Virus record (IMG/VR): IMGVR_UViG_3300035703_000038
Span: 37,245-101,244 of that record
Reading direction: 5' to 3' (one strand)
DNA length: 64,000 bases
From: a virus
Part shown: piece by piece, positions 59,022 through 64,000 of the stretch
Numbering within the stretch: position 1 is the first letter of the stretch
Layout of the letters: each line of letters begins with the position of its first letter
Notes under the pieces: model-generated
What the model saw: the letters and a program-made list of their open reading frames with translations, nothing else
Told to the model about the DNA's origin: nothing
Databases searched by the model: none
Translations under genes and position numbers: made by a program

Positions 59022-59566
59022 TATGGTCTAAGCAATACTTCAACAGTAGTTGGGTTGAGAATATACACAAAGTGTGCGAAAAGTATCCAGATGAACCTGG
59101 TGATTCGCATGTGTTATCATTAGATGGTAATACTGTAATGCCAGAAAACTATTTGATGAAAATTATTTCCTCTAAGAAAGAACCTCAAATAGTGGAGGCA
59201 TTGAAAGATATTGCAATGGCTGCAAACGAACGAATGTTTGGTTTTAACCTCTGGTTTGATATTGGTGCATTCCAATACACAACATATAAATCAGAACTGC
59301 AAATGGAATATGACTGGCATAGTGATTCAGTATGGGTCGTTAAGCCAGTTGTTCCCAAACTTACAGTAATTGTTGGCTTGACAGACAAGGACAATTATCA
59401 AGGTGGTGATTTTGTTCTTGCTGGTGGCAAAAAAAATAAAACTATCAAGTTAACTGCTGGTGAGGCAATAGTATTTCCATCGATTGCACTGCATAAGGTA
59501 ACGCCAGTAACAAGTGGAACAAGAAACACTTTAGTTGCTTGGTTTAAAGGACCAAGGTGGGTTTAA
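59018..59566 (+). CDS. 2OG-Fe(II) oxygenase (PKHD/P4H-like)
   Basis: YDWHSD, KLTVIV, YQGGDF, FPS..LHKVTPVTSGTR. Confidence 0.9.
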   Translation: MIWSKQYFNSSWVENIHKVCEKYPDEPGDSHVLSLDGNTVMPENYLMKIISSKKEPQIVEALKDIAMAANERMFGFNLWFDIGAFQYTTYKSELQMEYDWHSDSVWVVKPVVPKLTVIVGLTDKDNYQGGDFVLAGGKKNKTIKLTAGEAIVFPSIALHKVTPVTSGTRNTLVAWFKGPRWV

Positions 59567-59567
59567 A

Positions 59568-60137
59568 ATGATACCTAAGATTGTAGTAACACCAAATTAC
59601 TTTCCATCCACATGGTGCGATAATGTTAACAGCTGGATCATGGATAATGTACCAGCAGATCCATCGTTTGGTAAGACTGGAGTAAGAAGATGTGATGTTA
59701 GATTCTTATCATCTAACATGAAACCATTTGATGGCGTCTTCAAATCACTAATCGATTACACAAAAGCTAATATTGATAAGCTAGGCATTGATGTAGATTA
59801 TCAGATTGATGGAGCAATCCAACATATTACATACCTACCAGGCCATGGTGTGGGCTGGCATGATGATACAATGAATTATAAAATGGCTCTAAACAATCCT
59901 AGATATAGCAACCTTAAAACTGACAGAAAGCTTTCCCTAACTGTGATGCTATCAGATTCGACTGACTATGAGGGTGGTGATTTTATTTTTGAGCCTGGCT
60001 ACCCACTTCCAGCTAAAGTAGAAGGTAAGGGTACAGTCGCTTTATTTACATCATACACTCAACATAAGGTAGAACAGATAACATCTGGTGTAAGAAACAT
60101 TCTGTTTATCTTTATTACTGGTCCAACTTGGAAATAG
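59568..60137 (+). CDS. 2OG-Fe(II) oxygenase (PKHD/P4H-like)
   Basis: WHDD, RKLSLTVML, YEGGDF and HKVEQITSGVR. ATG at 59568. Confidence 0.9.
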   Translation: MIPKIVVTPNYFPSTWCDNVNSWIMDNVPADPSFGKTGVRRCDVRFLSSNMKPFDGVFKSLIDYTKANIDKLGIDVDYQIDGAIQHITYLPGHGVGWHDDTMNYKMALNNPRYSNLKTDRKLSLTVMLSDSTDYEGGDFIFEPGYPLPAKVEGKGTVALFTSYTQHKVEQITSGVRNILFIFITGPTWK

Positions 60138-60138
60138 T

Positions 60139-60693
60139 ATGTCCATCATAACTATTAAGTCAGCTATTTCAAAGGACCTACTTGACAGTTGGGATTCCAC
60201 AACCGAACGAATACCGACACGCCAAGGTCAGACTGTTGATAGTGGTTTGGAATCGGGTATATCAAACGATAAAAGTGTGAGGTCCTGCGAGACCCGGTTT
60301 GTAACTTTTAACAAGCACAGAAAATTTTATCTTGATATTCTTAATAACATTTATCCATTTATCGACTTCTATCATTATGCATTTGATGTTGAACTCTATA
60401 GAGTGCTAGAGATACAACATGTAACGTATTTTAAAGACGATCATTATGTGAGACACGTTGATACTATCTTTAACAACAAAACATCACGGCAAAGAAAAAT
60501 TAGTTTAGTTTTAATGTTATCAGATAGAAGTGAGTATAGTGGTGGTGAACTTATCATTAATGATGAGCCTGTTGATCTTGAGAAAGGTGATATTGTTATG
60601 TTTAAGCCAACAACATTTCACAGCGTTGAGAAGGTTCAGCAGGGCGTGAGAAAAACTTTAGTGATGTGGGCTCTGGGTCCACATTGGAAATAG
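60139..60693 (+). CDS. 2OG-Fe(II) oxygenase (PKHD/P4H-like)
   Basis: HVD, RKISLVLML, YSGGEL and HSVEKVQQGVR. Confidence 0.9.
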   Translation: MSIITIKSAISKDLLDSWDSTTERIPTRQGQTVDSGLESGISNDKSVRSCETRFVTFNKHRKFYLDILNNIYPFIDFYHYAFDVELYRVLEIQHVTYFKDDHYVRHVDTIFNNKTSRQRKISLVLMLSDRSEYSGGELIINDEPVDLEKGDIVMFKPTTFHSVEKVQQGVRKTLVMWALGPHWK

Positions 60694-60736
60694 TTGAAAG
60701 TAACCACAAATTATTGTATAGTGGTCGTTATAAATA
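60694..60736 (+). promoter_or_regulatory. Tandem sigma70-like and late promoters upstream of queE
   Basis: TTGAAA-17 nt-TATAGT (60694-60722) and TATAAATA (60729-60736). Confidence 0.6.
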
Positions 60737-60758
60737 ATGTTAATTTGAGGCTTCTGTA

Positions 60759-61679
60759 ATGCAAAAAGAATATCACTATTCTGAGATCTTCTATTCTATT
60801 CAGGGTGAAGGTCGATACACTGGTATACCAACAGCCTGGTTAAGATTCTTCCTCTGTAATCTCCAGTGTGATGGATTTGGTCAAAAAGATCCTACTGACC
60901 CATCTACATACAAACTACCATATAAAGAAATCAACGTCGACTTTATTAAGAGAGTTGAAGATCTTCCTGTATGGAAGTATGGTTGTGATTCATCATATTC
61001 GTGGTCGAAGAAGTTTAAGCATTTGATGCATAAGGGTACGCCTGAGTATATTGCTAATCAGATTCTTAACCACATCAGATCAGAACACAATATGGATGCC
61101 AAGTTTGACCATCCATCTGGCCAGCCAATCCATATGTGCTTCACTGGTGGTGAGCCTTTAATGAAGCATGCCCAGCAGTGTACTGTTGGCGTTCTAGATT
61201 ACTTTGAATCGATTAAGAATAGTCCTAAGTTTATTACATTTGAAACTAATGCCACACAAGCATTAACTACAGACTTTGTTAACTTCATGACTAACTGGAG
61301 AGAACAAGGTAGAGAGATCTTTATATCATCTTCTCCTAAGCTCTGGACAACATCTGGTGAGACGAATAAGGATGCTATTATCCCTGAAGTGTTGGCTGAG
61401 TATCATTCCCTATCTAGAGGCCATGGTCAGATTAAGTATGTTGTCAACGGTAAGAAGGAAACGTGGGATGAAGTAGACCATGTTACCAATGAGTTCAGAA
61501 AGGCAGGTGTGACATTCCCTGTTTGGATTATGCCAGTTGGTGCAACAGAGGAAGGTCAGACTGGTGAGCTAGAAGGCTACATGAGTGCTGGTGCAATTGC
61601 AGAACAAGCCTTTAAGAGAGGCTTCAACGTATCTGCTAGAGTGCATGTATACTTGTGGGGTAATACAATTGGTGTCTAA
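60759..61679 (+). CDS. queE: 7-carboxy-7-deazaguanine synthase (radical SAM)
   Basis: SEIFYSIQGEGRYTG.P..WLRF..CNLQC...CDS, TGGEPL, ETN, SPKL and RVHVYLWG. Confidence 0.92.
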   Translation: MQKEYHYSEIFYSIQGEGRYTGIPTAWLRFFLCNLQCDGFGQKDPTDPSTYKLPYKEINVDFIKRVEDLPVWKYGCDSSYSWSKKFKHLMHKGTPEYIANQILNHIRSEHNMDAKFDHPSGQPIHMCFTGGEPLMKHAQQCTVGVLDYFESIKNSPKFITFETNATQALTTDFVNFMTNWREQGREIFISSSPKLWTTSGETNKDAIIPEVLAEYHSLSRGHGQIKYVVNGKKETWDEVDHVTNEFRKAGVTFPVWIMPVGATEEGQTGELEGYMSAGAIAEQAFKRGFNVSARVHVYLWGNTIGV

Positions 61680-62253
61680 GAATAGAACCTTGGATTGGAA
61701 TGATATTGATTACCTTAATAATCTATATCAATCACTACAGGGTAAAAACTTTTCAAGATATTACAACTTGTTCTCTGTAACAAGGAAAGATGTGCCGCCT
61801 AAGCTGGATGATTATAGGTGGCTGACAGTAAAGAGTAAGTTGGATGTTGAGGGGTGTGGTGAGTGTATTACTAACTACTTCCTCTACTACGGTCCTGGTT
61901 CATTTACAATGCCACATACCGACTCACCACTGAGAGTAACAAAGACTGCAATTACATTGATTGATAAGTCAGCAGATCTTGTTGGTGGTGATATAATTGT
62001 AATAAGAAGAGTGAAGCAGTTCACTGGTAACATCCATATTCCAACTGATGAAGAAATTAAAAGAAAAAATGAGGCAGTACCTGTAATGAATAATGTTACG
62101 GCTGTCAATGTTATTAAGCAGGATGTTGGTGAAACGGTTTGGTATCCAGCTCAAATGAAACATGGAGTTAGCCAAGTTGAACAGGGTTATCGTTTAGTAT
62201 TAATATCATGGTATAAAAATGAAGACAATCAAGTACAAAAAGAAACAGTTTGA
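61672..62253 (+). CDS. 2OG-Fe(II) oxygenase
   Basis: PHTD, LVGGD and HGVSQVEQGYRLVLISW. GTG start at 61672 is likely. Confidence 0.8.
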   Translation: MSKNRTLDWNDIDYLNNLYQSLQGKNFSRYYNLFSVTRKDVPPKLDDYRWLTVKSKLDVEGCGECITNYFLYYGPGSFTMPHTDSPLRVTKTAITLIDKSADLVGGDIIVIRRVKQFTGNIHIPTDEEIKRKNEAVPVMNNVTAVNVIKQDVGETVWYPAQMKHGVSQVEQGYRLVLISWYKNEDNQVQKETV

Positions 62254-62680
62254 TCAAGATATCGAAACTCTAGTTGCCAAGATCCAAAGGTCAAAAGTTA
62301 AGTATAGCTACATTGTAGCACTATCAAGGGGCGGCCTGATCCCAGGTGTGATTCTTTCACATAAGCTAGGTCTAAAGTTAGTTCCTGTCACCTGGTCTAC
62401 AAGAGATGGTGGTGATAAAGAAAGCAATTGCTGGATCCCTGAAGATGTGAATGATGGTCATAAGATCCTCGTTGTCGATGACATTGTCGATAGTGGCGAA
62501 GCCCTAAAAACATTATTCGAAGATTGGAACAGCTCTATCTATAATCAGTTAATGATGGAAAATATCCATGTTGCAACCTTGATTTATAACAAGGATCAGG
62601 GTATAGTACCCAAGTATTATGCAAACAAAATTTCAAGAAAGAAAGTTCCAGAATGGTTTGAGTTCTGGTGGGAGGTATGA
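62219..62680 (+). CDS. Type I phosphoribosyltransferase (Gpt/xanthine-guanine PRT-like)
   Basis: IVALSRGGLIPG, PRPP loop ILVVDDIVDSGEAL and C-terminal W.EFWWE. Confidence 0.9.
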   Translation: MKTIKYKKKQFDQDIETLVAKIQRSKVKYSYIVALSRGGLIPGVILSHKLGLKLVPVTWSTRDGGDKESNCWIPEDVNDGHKILVVDDIVDSGEALKTLFEDWNSSIYNQLMMENIHVATLIYNKDQGIVPKYYANKISRKKVPEWFEFWWEV

Positions 62681-62681
62681 G

Positions 62682-63146
62682 ATGGTTAGTACGTTTTATT
62701 CTACAAAAAGGATTGGTCCCATATCCACTGGCCATCGTCAGTGGAGAGACGAAGGTCATTGCAAATGGGCTCATGGGTATGGTCGCTATATTAAGTTTAC
62801 CTTCGCTTGTACGACGCTAGATGACAAGATGTGGTGTATGGACTTTGGCGACCTAAAGTGGGTCAAGAAGTGGTTAGAGGAGCAATGGGACCATAGAATG
62901 CTCATTGCTTCTGATGATCCTCTACTTGATACATGGAAGCAATTACATGATATGGGCGGTATTAGCCTAAATGTAATGGATGTTACTAAGGGTCATGGTC
63001 CTGGTATCGAAGGGTCATGTAAGTTTGTATTTGATAACATTAATCCAAAGATAAAGGAGTTGACTAACAACCGCGTTTGGATTGATACTATTGAGATCTA
63101 CGAGCATGAGTTCAACTCTGCTCTTTATGTTAACCCCGAGGTGTGA
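62682..63146 (+). CDS. queD: 6-carboxytetrahydropterin synthase
   Basis: GHRQ..GHCKWAHGY, MDFGDLK, WDHRML and YEHE.NSA. RBS GGAGG at 62671. Confidence 0.9.
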   Translation: MVSTFYSTKRIGPISTGHRQWRDEGHCKWAHGYGRYIKFTFACTTLDDKMWCMDFGDLKWVKKWLEEQWDHRMLIASDDPLLDTWKQLHDMGGISLNVMDVTKGHGPGIEGSCKFVFDNINPKIKELTNNRVWIDTIEIYEHEFNSALYVNPEV

Positions 63147-63148
63147 AG

Positions 63149-64000
63149 ATGGGTATTGATTACTCCAGCAAGATGCCAGATCTTGTATTTAATTATGATA
63201 ATAATTTCTATTGTGAGGAGTTACCAGACCCTCAAGTAAATCCTGTTCTACCTGGTGCAAGAGTGCCCCTTCGTAAGGTTGGTATTGCTCCAGTTGACCT
63301 TCCTATCATGGTCAAGCGCCGTGATGGTAATACTCAGCAGTTGCAGGCAGAAGCTAGCCTTTATTGCTCTTTGGATGACCCTAATGCTAAGGGATTGAAT
63401 CTCTCGAGACTCTATCTCATTATGCATAATAAGATCAAAGACCACCTTTCGATCGATGGCATCCAAGGGGCACTGAAGGAGCTTGCTGAGAAGCAGAATA
63501 GTAAGAGCGCATATTGTAAGCTTCGCTTCAAGTATCCTTGGACACAAGAAGCTCTTCGCTCTCGTAGAGAAGATAACTTCGAAGAGAAGCTTCGCGGTCA
63601 TATTGCCTATAAGACCGAACTAGAGGGTCAATACCATGAAGGTCAATATAAGTTCTTTATTACTATTGATTATGTGTATAGTTCAACTTGCCCTTGTTCG
63701 TTTGAGTTAGCATATGATGCTCGTAAGCATAGAGATGCTGCTGCTAATGCTCATAGTCAGAGATCTATTCTAAAGGTCAAGGTCGAGTTTGACCCATCGA
63801 AGATCATTTGGTTTGAAGATCTAGTTGAGCTTTGCAGAAAGCATATTCCTACTGAGGTTCAGATTGTTGTTAAGAGACGTGATGAACAAGCGTTTGCAGA
63901 ACTAAATGGTGCCAACCTGTTGTTCTCCGAAGACGTTTGCCGTATCATGTACGCTGCTCTTGATGAGTGGTTCGCTAAGGGTCGTATTAAAGACTTCTCC
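63149..64000 (+). CDS. folE2: GTP cyclohydrolase IB (FolE2), 3'-truncated by the window edge (not in the ORF track)
   Basis: Open to the end of the window: LPDPQ, KVGI, AKGLNLSRLY, YSSTCPCS, AHSQRS and VKRRDEQAFAELNGANLLFSEDVCR. Confidence 0.92.
   Translation, partial: MGIDYSSKMPDLVFNYDNNFYCEELPDPQVNPVLPGARVPLRKVGIAPVDLPIMVKRRDGNTQQLQAEASLYCSLDDPNAKGLNLSRLYLIMHNKIKDHLSIDGIQGALKELAEKQNSKSAYCKLRFKYPWTQEALRSRREDNFEEKLRGHIAYKTELEGQYHEGQYKFFITIDYVYSSTCPCSFELAYDARKHRDAAANAHSQRSILKVKVEFDPSKIIWFEDLVELCRKHIPTEVQIVVKRRDEQAFAELNGANLLFSEDVCRIMYAALDEWFAKGRIKDFS

Overview
This window is a 64 kb segment of a T4-like (Tevenvirinae/Kyanoviridae-type) myophage genome. All credible genes are on the + strand. 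Positions 1-36.9 kb hold an expanded baseplate, tail-fibre and adhesin region built from shuffled, duplicated modules. Positions 36.9-53.2 kb hold the conserved T4 morphogenesis block (gp13-gp23, gp3), with a Dps-domain protein in the prohead-core region and a radical SAM plus 2OG-Fe(II) oxygenase insert after gp23. Positions 53.2-59.0 kb hold uvsY, uvsW, gp55, gp47 and gp46. Positions 59.0-64.0 kb hold four more 2OG-Fe(II) oxygenases and a PRTase, interleaved with the 7-deazaguanine genes queE, queD and folE2. Many T4 late promoters (TATAAATA) are visible. The most striking object is the 1169-aa Thr-rich protein at 31309-34818. Its two ~552-aa halves are a residue-level 'reverse complement' of each other around G608 (R/K/I/V opposite F/Y, FYF opposite xGG/AVx, T opposite T), with no indel across ~150 repeat units. 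This implies one giant self-zipping beta-hairpin fibre. It is flanked by a small fibre adaptor and two glycosyltransferase-like genes. All assignments come from motif recognition and gene order; no database searches were run.
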